Assembly: GCA_040752335.1 (NCBI GenBank) | Contig: JBFMEV010000001.1 | Location: 31,245 to 95,244 of the forward strand | Direction of reading: 5' to 3' | Source of the DNA: Chloroflexota bacterium | Lineage (GTDB): Bacteria; Chloroflexota; Limnocylindria; Limnocylindrales; CSP1-4 | DNA: 64,000 nucleotides | Shown: positions 42,802 to 51,633 of the stretch, one piece after another | Layout of the letters: each line of letters opens with the position of its first letter | Numbering within the stretch: the first letter of the stretch is position 1 | The notes under the pieces: generated by a model | What the model saw: only the letters and a program-made list of their open reading frames with translations | Told to the model about the DNA's origin: nothing | Database searches by the model: none | Made by a program: the position numbers and the translations under genes

Positions 42802-45266
42802 GCCGCGGGGGTGGTGCCGTTCGACCGGCCCCGGCCGGACGCCCTCCGCCCGCCGGCGGCGCCCTTCGCCGAGCCGCGACCGGCGGTGCCCCGGGATCCC
42901 GCAGAGCGCCGGGTCACACCCCGCCCGCCGGGCCGTCCCCCACCCCGGGCCGGACGCTTGGAGACCAGGGCCAACGGATCCGGCGGACCGCCCGCCAGGC
43001 GCAGGCCCACGATCGAGCCGTCGCCGGCCGGCAGCTGGATGGCCGCCCCGCACTTCAGGCACAGAGGGCCGCCGTCACGCCGCGCGACCGGGCCGTCGTC
43101 GGCGTCGTGGAACGCTCCCAGCGGCTCGTGGTTCGTCGTGTAGTCGCACTTCGGATAGGCGGAGCACCCCCAGAAGACGTTCCCGGTCCGCCGCGCGCGA
43201 CGCGCCACGAGCCGGCCGTCGCCGTTCCTGGGGCAGACGACCTCGAACGGCAGCGGCTCGGGGGGCGGCGGGCCGTCGCGCTGGATGTAGTCGCAATCGG
43301 GATAGCGCGAGCAGCCGACGAACGGCCCGAACCGGCCGCGCCGCGAGGTGAGGACGCCTTCGCCGCACTTCGGGCACGGCTCGCCCGTCCCGGGCAGGGC
43401 CGGCGCTTCGTCGCCCGGCAGCGGCCGCGACTCCTTGTGCTCGGGGAACAGCGAGCAGGCCAGGAACCGGCCGTTCCGGCCCAGCCGGATGACCATCGGG
43501 TGGCCGAGCGAGCAGACCTCGTCGGTGGCCTCGGTCGTGAAGTCCCGGCGCCGCAGCTCCCGGCGCTTCTCGTCGACCCGGTTCTTCAGCGGGCCGTAGA
43601 ACGCCTCGAGCAGCGGGACCCACGCCCGCTCGCCCCTGGCGACCTCGTCGAGCTCCTCCTCCATCCGGGCCGTGAATGCGACGTCGACGTAATCCCCGAA
43701 GTGCTCGACCAGGAGGTCGGTGACGATCTCGCCGATGAGCTCCGGTCGAAGCCGGCGGTCCTCGATCCGGACGTACCCGCGATCGACGATCGTCGAGAGG
43801 GTCGCCGCGTAGGTCGAGGGTCGTCCGATGCCGTGCTCCTCGAGGGCCTTGACGAGCGAGGCCTCCGTGTAGCGTGGCGGTGGCTCGGTGAAGTGCTGGG
43901 CCGTGGCGACGTCCGCGACCCGCGTCCGCTCGCCCTCGGCCAGCTCCGGCAGGCGACCCTCGGCTTCGTCCTCGCCGTCCTCGTCGCGGCCCTCGGTATA
44001 GACCCGGGCAAAGCCGTCGAAGAGCGTCCGGGTCGCCGAGGCCCGCAATTCGTAGATGTCGGCCGAGAGGTCGACCGTCGTCGTCTCGAGCTGCTTGGCC
44101 TCCATCTGGCTGGCGAGGGCTCGCTGCCAGATGAGGCGGTAGAGCCGCAGCTCCTCCGGCTTGAGGGTCCCGGCCAGCGACTCGGGATCCCGGGCGAAGC
44201 TGGTCGGGCGGATCGACTCGTGAGCCTCCTGGGCGCCCTTCGCCTTCGTCCGGTAGACCCGGCCCTTGGGCATCGTGTAGCGCTCGCCGAAGCGCGCCCG
44301 GATGACCTCGCGGGCCTCGCCCATCGCGACCCCGGCCATGGCCACCGAGTCGGTTCGCATGTAGGTGATGAGCCCAACGTGGCCGTCGGGCGTGTCGGCG
44401 CCCTCGTACAACCGCTGGGCGACCGACATCGTCCGCTTGGGGCTGAAGCCCAGCTTGCGACTGGCCTCCTGCTGGAGGGTCGAGGTGGTGAACGGCGGGG
44501 CCGGGCTGCGCTTCTGGCTCTTCGTGGCGATCGAGGTGACCGTCGGCTCGAGCGTTCGAAGGGTCTCGGCGTGGTGCTCGGCCAGGATGCCGTTGCCGAT
44601 GTCCGTCGGCCCGCCCCCGATCCGGACCAGGTCGGCGACGAAGGTCTCGCCCTTGTCGGTCTGGAGGGTGACGTGGATGGTCCAGTACTCGCGGGCCTCG
44701 AAGGCGGCGATCTCGCGCTCGCGCTCGACGACGAGGCGGACCGCGACCGACTGGACGCGCCCGGCCGAGAGGCCGCCGCGGACCTTGCGCGACAGCAGCG
44801 GGCTCAGGGTGTAGCCGACGAGGCGGTCCACGATCCGGCGGGTCTGCTGGGCGTCCACGAGGTCGGTGTCGATCGAGCGGGGGTGCTGGAAGGCATCGCG
44901 GACGGCCCGCTCGGTGATCTCCGAGAAGGTCACCCGGCGGGCCTTGGCGGCCGGCACATGGGCCGCCTCGGCGACGTGCCAGGCGATCGCCTCGCCCTCC
45001 CGATCGAGGTCCGTGGCGAGGTAGACGAGGTCGGCGCTGCGGGCGGCCCGCTCGATCGCATCGACCTGCTTGCGGCGGTCATCGGCAACGACGTACTCGG
45101 GCGTGAAGCCATGCTCGACGTCGACCCCGAACTTGCCCTTGCCGGGGTTCTCGGGCAGGTCGCGGACGTGGCCGTACGACGCCAGGACGCGGTAATCGTC
45201 GCCGAGATAGCGCTCGATCGTTCGCGCCTTGGCCGGCGACTCCACGATCACCAGGTGCTTCGGCAT
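42798..45266 (-). CDS. topA: DNA topoisomerase I
   Basis: The sequence shows a TOPRIM domain (LVIVESPAKARTIERYLG), ITYMRTDS (the active-site Tyr region), C-terminal Zn-ribbon repeats (CPKCG..CSRYPDC, CSAYPKCDY) and a basic tail. Confidence 0.97.
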   Translation of the reverse strand: MPKHLVIVESPAKARTIERYLGDDYRVLASYGHVRDLPENPGKGKFGVDVEHGFTPEYVVADDRRKQVDAIERAARSADLVYLATDLDREGEAIAWHVAEAAHVPAAKARRVTFSEITERAVRDAFQHPRSIDTDLVDAQQTRRIVDRLVGYTLSPLLSRKVRGGLSAGRVQSVAVRLVVEREREIAAFEAREYWTIHVTLQTDKGETFVADLVRIGGGPTDIGNGILAEHHAETLRTLEPTVTSIATKSQKRSPAPPFTTSTLQQEASRKLGFSPKRTMSVAQRLYEGADTPDGHVGLITYMRTDSVAMAGVAMGEAREVIRARFGERYTMPKGRVYRTKAKGAQEAHESIRPTSFARDPESLAGTLKPEELRLYRLIWQRALASQMEAKQLETTTVDLSADIYELRASATRTLFDGFARVYTEGRDEDGEDEAEGRLPELAEGERTRVADVATAQHFTEPPPRYTEASLVKALEEHGIGRPSTYAATLSTIVDRGYVRIEDRRLRPELIGEIVTDLLVEHFGDYVDVAFTARMEEELDEVARGERAWVPLLEAFYGPLKNRVDEKRRELRRRDFTTEATDEVCSLGHPMVIRLGRNGRFLACSLFPEHKESRPLPGDEAPALPGTGEPCPKCGEGVLTSRRGRFGPFVGCSRYPDCDYIQRDGPPPPEPLPFEVVCPRNGDGRLVARRARRTGNVFWGCSAYPKCDYTTNHEPLGAFHDADDGPVARRDGGPLCLKCGAAIQLPAGDGSIVGLRLAGGPPDPLALVSKRPARGGGRPGGRGVTRRSAGSRGTAGRGSAKGAAGGRRASGRGRSNGTTPAA

Positions 45267-45274
45267 CGGGCGGG

Positions 45275-45280
45275 ACTATA
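45275..45280 (-). promoter_or_regulatory. -10-like hexamer TATAGT, 8 nt upstream of the topA ATG
   Basis: The minus strand reads gcggTATAGTcccgcccgATG. Confidence 0.4.
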
Positions 45281-45341
45281 CCGCAGGCCCCTTGGCCACC
45301 AGTTATCCGGCGATACGGCCGGCGCCAGGGGCTGCCTGGCC

Positions 45342-45665
45342 TCAGGCCTCGCGAATGCGGCGCAGGAAGTCCTCGTCGATCTCGAGCTCGGCGTCGGCAG
45401 CCGGCTCGGCCGCGGACGCGATCTCCGCGGCAGCGGCTTCGTCGTCGGTCGCCTCGGCCCGCTCGGGTCGGAGCTCGATGAACCGGATGTGGAGGTACGG
45501 CAGGACGAAGGTCGACTCGACCTGGTCGATGAACACCGGCCGCTTGCCGTCCAGGGTCCGCAGGTTGGTGCAGATGAGGACGGTGTCGTCGGGCTTCGGC
45601 ATCTCGAACAGGTCGGCCGTGACCGGCTGCTCGCTGAGGAGGTGGACGACGGCGTTGCGGATCAC
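45342..45665 (-). CDS. hypothetical protein (107 aa, acidic C-terminal tail)
   Basis: The product is MIRNAVVHLLSEQPVTADLFEMPKPDDTVLICTNLRTLDGKRPVFIDQVESTFVLPYLHIRFIEL.. with clean GC3-rich codon usage. It starts 10 nt after the stop of the CAP-domain gene. I recognise no family. Confidence 0.6.
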   Translation of the reverse strand: MIRNAVVHLLSEQPVTADLFEMPKPDDTVLICTNLRTLDGKRPVFIDQVESTFVLPYLHIRFIELRPERAEATDDEAAAAEIASAAEPAADAELEIDEDFLRRIREA

Positions 45666-45675
45666 GGCCGCCGGA

Positions 45676-47337
45676 TCAGAGCGGGTGGTAGAAGTCGACG
45701 ACGAGGCGGACGCGGCCGCTCGAGACCCAGACCCCGATCCCGACCCGGTCGTACTTGGCGTTCATCAGGTTCACGTAATGACCGCCGTTGTACGACTGTT
45801 CGCTCTGGAAGAAGAGGTGCGACCCGAGCACGGCGGCGTAGGGATCGCCGCTCCGGCAGCCCAGGTTCTCGGCCCAGATGTAGCTCGTGTAGCCAGCCGC
45901 CCGCAGGCGATCGCCGGGGTTGCCGCCCGAGAAGTGGGTGCACAGGTTGTTGACGGCCAGCTTCTTGGCGTACGGCCGGGCGACGTTGGCCGTGATCCCG
46001 GCGTCCTGCCACAGGGCCGCGACGTTCCGGCCACCGGGGCTGGAGCAGCTGCCGCTGGAGGTCACCCAGCCGCCGGTCCGGGTGCAGTTCATCAGGCCCA
46101 GGTAGTAGGACTCGACCGCGGCCCAGGTGCTGCCGCCGATGCTCCCGCCGCTGCCGCTGCCGCCGCTGCTGCCGCTGGTGGAGGTCCGCGGGGCCGGCTT
46201 GGCGGCGGTCGTGAAGGTGATCGAGGATGCCGCCACGATCGGCACCCCCGCCTTCGAGGTCGCCCCGGCGCCGACCAAGAGCTCCACCTTCTGGGCGTAG
46301 CCGAGGTTGGCGGCCGGGTCGAAGACGAGGACCGTGTCGTTCTCGGCCCACCGGAACGTCCCGGTCAGCTTGGTCGTCCCCTGGGTGGCGCTCCAGGCAG
46401 CCTCGGTGGTGGCATGGTCCATCGGCTCGGTGAAGCGGACCGACAGCAGCTGGCTCCAGGCGACGTCGGTCCAGCCGTGGCGCGGCCGGAACCGGACGAC
46501 GGCCGGTGCGGCGGCAGTCCTGATCTCCAGCGCGGTGGCCTCGATCTCCGCCGCATCGCGGTCGCGGACCCCCGGCCCCAGGCCGACCGTATAGGCCGTG
46601 TCGGCCTGGAGCGCCTCGACCGGCCTGAACTCGTAGACCGGGGTCGCTTCGGTCGAATCCCCCGCCGGCACGAACGTGCCGTGGATGGCCGGGCTGACGA
46701 CGAGATCGAGGGTCGATTCATCGATCGGCCCCGAGAAGGCGATTCGGAACCCGGTCGCGATCGCGGCCTCGCCATCGGTGACCGAGGTCGCAGTGACCTC
46801 GGCCGTGACCGCCGGGCGGGTCAGGAAGGCGGCCCGGACCGGTCGCTCGATCGGTCGGCCGGTCGCGTCGAGGGCGCCCTCGAGGACCGTTACGGTGTAG
46901 TAGGTGCCGGGCTTCCAGGCGGTCAGCGGCGCGACCGTCAGGCGGGTCGCGTCGGAGCTCCACGAGACGTCGACGCTGCGGGCCGGCACGACGCGGAGCA
47001 TCAGCTCGACGCTGGCCGCGTCCATCGGCCCCGAGAAGGTGATCGTCACCGGCGACGCCGGCGACTCGGAGGTCCGGATCTGGGTGCTGAGAACTGCCGC
47101 TTCCAGGGGCTCCACCCGGGTCGGGATGGTGCCCGTCGTGGCCGCCGGCCGGGTGCCGGCGAAGGCGGTGATCGCGCCGATGGCGAGCAGGGCGACGAGG
47201 GCCACCAGGCGGCGCCCCCCGGCTCGCCGATCGACCGAGCGGGCGACGACGAGGGCGATCACGGGGACCGCCAGGGCGGCCGCTAGGACGTTCCGCAATA
47301 CTGCAGTCTCCTGGCTCGTCGCTGGGGACGATGGCAT
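45676..47337 (-). CDS. membrane-anchored protein with Ig-like repeats and a C-terminal CAP/SCP (PR-1-like) domain
   Basis: The N-terminus has TM segments (VLAAALAVPVIALVV, LVALVALLAIGAITAF). Repeated modules of about 100 aa, each with a P..G.YTV-type strand, resemble SbsA-type Ig domains. The C-terminal region NCTRTGGW..LCTHFSGGNPGDRLRAAGY..AENLG..GHYVNLMNAKYDRVGIGV is CAP-like. Confidence 0.8.
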   Translation of the reverse strand: MPSSPATSQETAVLRNVLAAALAVPVIALVVARSVDRRAGGRRLVALVALLAIGAITAFAGTRPAATTGTIPTRVEPLEAAVLSTQIRTSESPASPVTITFSGPMDAASVELMLRVVPARSVDVSWSSDATRLTVAPLTAWKPGTYYTVTVLEGALDATGRPIERPVRAAFLTRPAVTAEVTATSVTDGEAAIATGFRIAFSGPIDESTLDLVVSPAIHGTFVPAGDSTEATPVYEFRPVEALQADTAYTVGLGPGVRDRDAAEIEATALEIRTAAAPAVVRFRPRHGWTDVAWSQLLSVRFTEPMDHATTEAAWSATQGTTKLTGTFRWAENDTVLVFDPAANLGYAQKVELLVGAGATSKAGVPIVAASSITFTTAAKPAPRTSTSGSSGGSGSGGSIGGSTWAAVESYYLGLMNCTRTGGWVTSSGSCSSPGGRNVAALWQDAGITANVARPYAKKLAVNNLCTHFSGGNPGDRLRAAGYTSYIWAENLGCRSGDPYAAVLGSHLFFQSEQSYNGGHYVNLMNAKYDRVGIGVWVSSGRVRLVVDFYHPL

Positions 47338-47428
47338 CGTGGGGCTGCGGGCCGAGGGCGCACGGCCGCCGGCAGGATAGCACGGGCGTCGATTGGGAGG
47401 CCCTCGGCGAGACCGACGCAAGCTCGGG

Positions 47429-48784
47429 TCAGGCGGCCGGCTCGGCCGGCTCGGAGCTCATCGCCGGGTCCCGTGGCGCCGTTCCGGGGTCGGCGATGGC
47501 GAGGAACCCGGCCGGCCGGTACCGCCCGAACGCCCCGGTCGCGAGGCCCGCCGCCTCGAGCGCGGTGAGGCCGGCGAGGACGGCGGCGATCGGCATCCCG
47601 GTGGTCGCGACGAGCTCGTCCGCCGTCGCGGCGCCATCGACGAGCCCCCGGGCGAGGCGGTCCTCGCGAGGCGACAGCTCGATCCGGCGCGCCGCTCGCG
47701 AGGGCTGCCGGACTGGCCGTGTGGGCGGCACGAGGAGCCGCCGTGCGCCCGGCGCCGGGAAGGCCGCCGAGGCCATGAGCCCGAGGTCCTCGAGGAGCTG
47801 CGGCACGCCGGCGACGATCCGGGCGGCGCCCGGGTAGTCGCGCAGCCACGCCAGGCAGCCGGCCGACTGGGGGGCGTCGATGGGGCCCGGGACGAGGAAG
47901 CACTCCCGGCCCTGCTCCAGGGCCCACGACGCGGTGATGAGGGCCCCGCTCGTGGCTCCTGCCTCCACCACGACAACGGCGTCGGCGAGGCCGCTGATGA
48001 TCCGGTTCCGGCGCGGGAACGTGCCCTTCGAGGGCATCGTTCCCGGCGCATGCTCCGAGGCGACCGCGCCGCCCCCATCCACGATGGCCTCGGCCAGGCG
48101 GTCGTGGGAACGCGGCACGAGGCGGTCGTGGCCGCCGCCGATGACGGCCGCCGTGCGGCGCCCCTCGGCCACGACCGCGGCATGCGCCGCACCGTCGATG
48201 CCGACGGCCAGGCCGCTCACGACGAGAGCTCCGGCGCGGGCGAGCGCGGCCCCGATTCGAGACGCGATCCGGCGCCCGGCGTCCGTGGGACGGCGGGTTC
48301 CGACGACCGCGACCGCTGCGGCGGCACTCAGGGCCGCAGGGTCGCCTCGGACGAACAGGACGCGGGGCGGCAGCTCGATTCGGCGGAGCCGATCCGGGAA
48401 CGCCGGGTCGTCGATCGCGAGGGCCACCACGCCCGCCGCCCGGAGGCCGTCCAGGACGGTTCCAACCCGGCGGGCGGCGACCGCGAGCGCCTCGGAGGCG
48501 GCCTCCGACATCGCCACGCCCGGGCCGCCCGGATCGCGGCTTGCGGCCTGCAGGGCCGCGGCGCCGTCGCGCTGCCTGGCGAGGTCGAGGATCTCGTTCG
48601 GGCCGCCACAGACGGCCAGCAGCCGCTCGAGGATCATCGGCCCGACGCCGTCGGCGGAGACGATGACGGCGAGCGCGTCGCGATCCGCGAGGCGGCGGTC
48701 CCCGGGGCGGCCCTCCCCGGTGTTGCGCTCCCCGGGGCGGGCGGTCGCCGGGCCGGTCGGTCCCTCGCGTCCCACGCCGAGCAC
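47429..48784 (-). CDS. dprA: DNA-processing protein DprA (Smf)
   Basis: The sequence contains VAVVGTRRPTDAGRRIA, VVSGLAVGIDGAAHAA, FPRRNRIISGLADAVVVVEAGATSGALITA and a C-terminal winged-helix-like tail. The GTG 48784 start is uncertain. Confidence 0.85.
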   Translation of the reverse strand: MLGVGREGPTGPATARPGERNTGEGRPGDRRLADRDALAVIVSADGVGPMILERLLAVCGGPNEILDLARQRDGAAALQAASRDPGGPGVAMSEAASEALAVAARRVGTVLDGLRAAGVVALAIDDPAFPDRLRRIELPPRVLFVRGDPAALSAAAAVAVVGTRRPTDAGRRIASRIGAALARAGALVVSGLAVGIDGAAHAAVVAEGRRTAAVIGGGHDRLVPRSHDRLAEAIVDGGGAVASEHAPGTMPSKGTFPRRNRIISGLADAVVVVEAGATSGALITASWALEQGRECFLVPGPIDAPQSAGCLAWLRDYPGAARIVAGVPQLLEDLGLMASAAFPAPGARRLLVPPTRPVRQPSRAARRIELSPREDRLARGLVDGAATADELVATTGMPIAAVLAGLTALEAAGLATGAFGRYRPAGFLAIADPGTAPRDPAMSSEPAEPAA

Positions 48785-48786
48785 CC

Positions 48787-50376
48787 TCAGACCGCCAGGG
48801 CGAGATGCGGGCGGGCCGCCGGGGCCCGCCAGCGCGCCGCTTCCTCGAGGTGGGCGATCTCCACGGCGGGTTCGCCGGCCAGATCGGCGATCGTCCGGGC
48901 GACCCGCAGGAGGCGATCCGTGCCGCGACCGGAGAGCCGCTCCATTTCCGCCAGGGCGATGGCCCGGCGGCGGGCCTCGGGTTCGAGGCGGCAGGCGACC
49001 CGCAGCGCGCGGCCGGCGACACGCGAGTTCAGGAGGTTGGGCGGACGGTCCACCTGGACTCGACGCGCGGCCGCGATCCGCGCCGCGACGGTGGCCGAGG
49101 TTTCCGGATCGTCGGGCGAGATGAGTGCGGCCGCCGGCAGCCTCGGCATCCCGACCCACAGGTCGATCCGGTCACGCAGGGGCCCTGAGATACGCCCGAC
49201 GTAGCGCTCCGGAGCATTCGGCGGACACTCGCACGGCTGGGGCGTGCCGGTGTTGCCGCAGCGGCACGGGTTCATCGCCGCGACGAGCTGGAAGCGGGCC
49301 GGCAGCACGGCCGTGCGGGCCGCCCGGGCGATCGCGATCCGGCCCTCCTCGAGGGGCTGGCGGAGGGCCTCCAGGACATCCCGCCCGAACTCGGGCAGCT
49401 CGTCGAGGAACAGGACCCCGTGGTCTGCCCTCGTCACCTCGCCCGGCATCAGGCCGGGCCCGCCGCCGACGATGGCGGCGTACGAGGCCGTGTGGTGGGG
49501 CGCCCGGAACGGCGGCCGCCGGACCAGGGCCCGGACCGGCCGCTCGGCGGAGACCGAGGCCACGATCGTCGCTGCCAGCGCCTCGGCATCGCCGAGTGGC
49601 GGCAGCAGCCGTGGGATGGTCCGGGCGAGGAGGGTCTTGCCGCTGCCCGGCGGCCCCATCAGGAGCAGGGCATGGCCCCCGGCGAGGGCGACCTCGAGGG
49701 CCCGCCGGGCCTCCTGCTGGCCGCGGACCTCGGCCAGGTCCGGGACCGCTGCCAGGCCGTCGGCATCGCCCTCGTCTTGGCCGGGATCCCCCGCCCCGCC
49801 CCCGTGGGCAGCGGGCTCGGCGGCAAGCTCGACCCGGGCCGGCATCAGCGGGCCGCGCCCCCGGGCTCGCCGTGAGCGGAGCACCGCGACCGCGTCGCCA
49901 AGGGTGGCGCAGCCGATCGCGTGGATGCCCGGCACGAGGGCCGCCTCCTCGAGGCTCGCTGCGGGCACCAGGGCGCGCCTGACCCCGTGCCCGGCGAGGG
50001 CGCCGAGCATCGGCAGCAGGCCCGGCACAGGCCGGACCTCGCTGCCGAGGGACAGCTCGCCGATGAGGGCCGTCCGGCCGGCGACGGCGGAAAACTGCTC
50101 GGACCCGAGGAGGATCCCGACGGCGATCGCGAGATCGACGCTCGCACCACCCTTCGGGAGGTCCGCCGGGGCGAGGTTGACCGTGATCCGGCGCGGCGGA
50201 TGGTGGAACCCGGCGTTCCGGATCGCGCCGCGGACTCGCTCCCGGGCCTCGCGCAGGGCCGCGTCGGCGAGGCCCACGATCGTGAAACCGGGCAGGCCCG
50301 GAGCAACGTCGACCTCCACCCTGATGCGCCGACCGTCGAGGCCTACGAGGGTTGCCGAGAGGAGGGTCGCGAGCAT
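48787..50376 (-). CDS. comM: Mg-chelatase-like AAA+ protein YifB/ComM
   Basis: The sequence shows a Lon-like N-domain (VEVDVAPGLPGFTIVGLADAALREARERV), LLMGPPGSGKTLLA, LFLDELPEF and NPCRCG. Confidence 0.9.
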   Translation of the reverse strand: MLATLLSATLVGLDGRRIRVEVDVAPGLPGFTIVGLADAALREARERVRGAIRNAGFHHPPRRITVNLAPADLPKGGASVDLAIAVGILLGSEQFSAVAGRTALIGELSLGSEVRPVPGLLPMLGALAGHGVRRALVPAASLEEAALVPGIHAIGCATLGDAVAVLRSRRARGRGPLMPARVELAAEPAAHGGGAGDPGQDEGDADGLAAVPDLAEVRGQQEARRALEVALAGGHALLLMGPPGSGKTLLARTIPRLLPPLGDAEALAATIVASVSAERPVRALVRRPPFRAPHHTASYAAIVGGGPGLMPGEVTRADHGVLFLDELPEFGRDVLEALRQPLEEGRIAIARAARTAVLPARFQLVAAMNPCRCGNTGTPQPCECPPNAPERYVGRISGPLRDRIDLWVGMPRLPAAALISPDDPETSATVAARIAAARRVQVDRPPNLLNSRVAGRALRVACRLEPEARRRAIALAEMERLSGRGTDRLLRVARTIADLAGEPAVEIAHLEEAARWRAPAARPHLALAV

Positions 50377-50383
50377 GTCGCGG

Positions 50384-50389
50384 ACCCTA
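50384..50389 (-). promoter_or_regulatory. -10-like hexamer TAGGGT, 7 nt upstream of the comM ATG
   Basis: The minus strand reads cccgcTAGGGTccgcgacATG. Confidence 0.4.
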
Positions 50390-50469
50390 GCGGGCGCCGC
50401 TTATCCGCGGCTCACCTGGCGTGCGGCGAGCAGACGATCAGCAAGCCGGCCGGACCGCCCGCGACGGCG

Positions 50470-51633
50470 CTAGCGCGCGCCGACCTTGGCGGCCGGCGCC
50501 GAGGCCCGCTCGACCTCCGTGGCCAGGGCCGCGATCTCGCGGGCGAGCGGCGAATCGGGCTTCGAGAAGGCGAACGGCGTACCCGAGTTCTGGGCGCTGA
50601 TCGCGACCCGGTACTCATTCGTGATCTTGAACTCGAACTGGTGCTTGAGGGCCCCCTCGGCCGCCTGGACGCTGATCCCGGTGAAGGCGTTCGAGCGGTT
50701 CAGGAGGAGCTTCACCTTGCTCGATTCGTAGCCGACCCGGTTGAGGGCCTCCAGGACGAGGCGGACGTTCTTGAGGCACGACAGGTCGGCCGTCATGACC
50801 ACGAAGATCATGTCGGCGTGGTCGAGGACCGAGAGGCTCAGGTCGCCGAGGCGCTTCTCGACGTCGACCACGACGTAGTCGTACATCGTCCGGAGGATCG
50901 TGAGGGCCTGGTCCATCTGGGCCTCGTGGACGAGGTCGCCGTCCTCCGGGCTCGGCGGGGCGAGCAGGAGGTCCACGCCCGAGTCGTGGCGGACCATGAC
51001 CGACTTGATGAGGTCGTTGTCGATCGACGGGGCGGAGACCAGGTCGGAGATGCTCTTGCGGTCGTTGCCCAGGTCGAGGAAGACCCGGTGATCGCCGAAC
51101 TGCAGGACCCCGTCGACCAGGGCGACCCGCCGGGTGTGCTCCTGGTGGAGGGCGATCGCGGCGTTGATGGCCAGGGTCGTCGTGCCCACCCCGCCCTTGG
51201 CCCCGTAGAAGGCCAGGAGCTTGCCCATCGGCGGCCGGATGCCGCCGGGGCCCTCGCGGGTGGAGAACCGGGCGAGGAGGCTCTTCATCCGAGCCAGCAG
51301 CTCAGCCTGGTGGAACGGCTTGACGAGGTAGTCGTCCGCGCCGGCACGGAGGCCACGGACCTTCTGCTCGACCTCCTTCTCGGCGGTCAGCATGATGATC
51401 GGGACGTGGGCGCCGGTGCCTTCGACCTCGCGGATCTTGGCCGCGACCTCGTAGCCGTCGAGCTTCTGGAGGGTAACGTCGAGGAGGATGAGCGCCGGCG
51501 ACTCGACCTCCCACAGCCGCAGGCCCTCCGCGCCGTCGCCGGCGACGACGACCTCGAAGCCCTCCTGCTTCAGGGTGACCCGGAGGAGACGCTGGACGTT
51601 CGGGTCGTCGTCGACGACGAGGATCTTGGTCAT
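50470..51633 (-). CDS. response-regulator receiver domain fused to a CpaE/TadZ-like ParA/MinD-family ATPase
   Basis: The REC domain shows KILVVDDDPNV, LILLDVTLQKLDGYEV, IIMLTA and DDYLVKPF. The ATPase domain carries the deviant Walker A FYGAKGGVGTTTLAINAA and DYVVVD. Its ATG overlaps the stop of the upstream hydrolase gene (ATGA). Confidence 0.85.
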   Translation of the reverse strand: MTKILVVDDDPNVQRLLRVTLKQEGFEVVVAGDGAEGLRLWEVESPALILLDVTLQKLDGYEVAAKIREVEGTGAHVPIIMLTAEKEVEQKVRGLRAGADDYLVKPFHQAELLARMKSLLARFSTREGPGGIRPPMGKLLAFYGAKGGVGTTTLAINAAIALHQEHTRRVALVDGVLQFGDHRVFLDLGNDRKSISDLVSAPSIDNDLIKSVMVRHDSGVDLLLAPPSPEDGDLVHEAQMDQALTILRTMYDYVVVDVEKRLGDLSLSVLDHADMIFVVMTADLSCLKNVRLVLEALNRVGYESSKVKLLLNRSNAFTGISVQAAEGALKHQFEFKITNEYRVAISAQNSGTPFAFSKPDSPLAREIAALATEVERASAPAAKVGAR

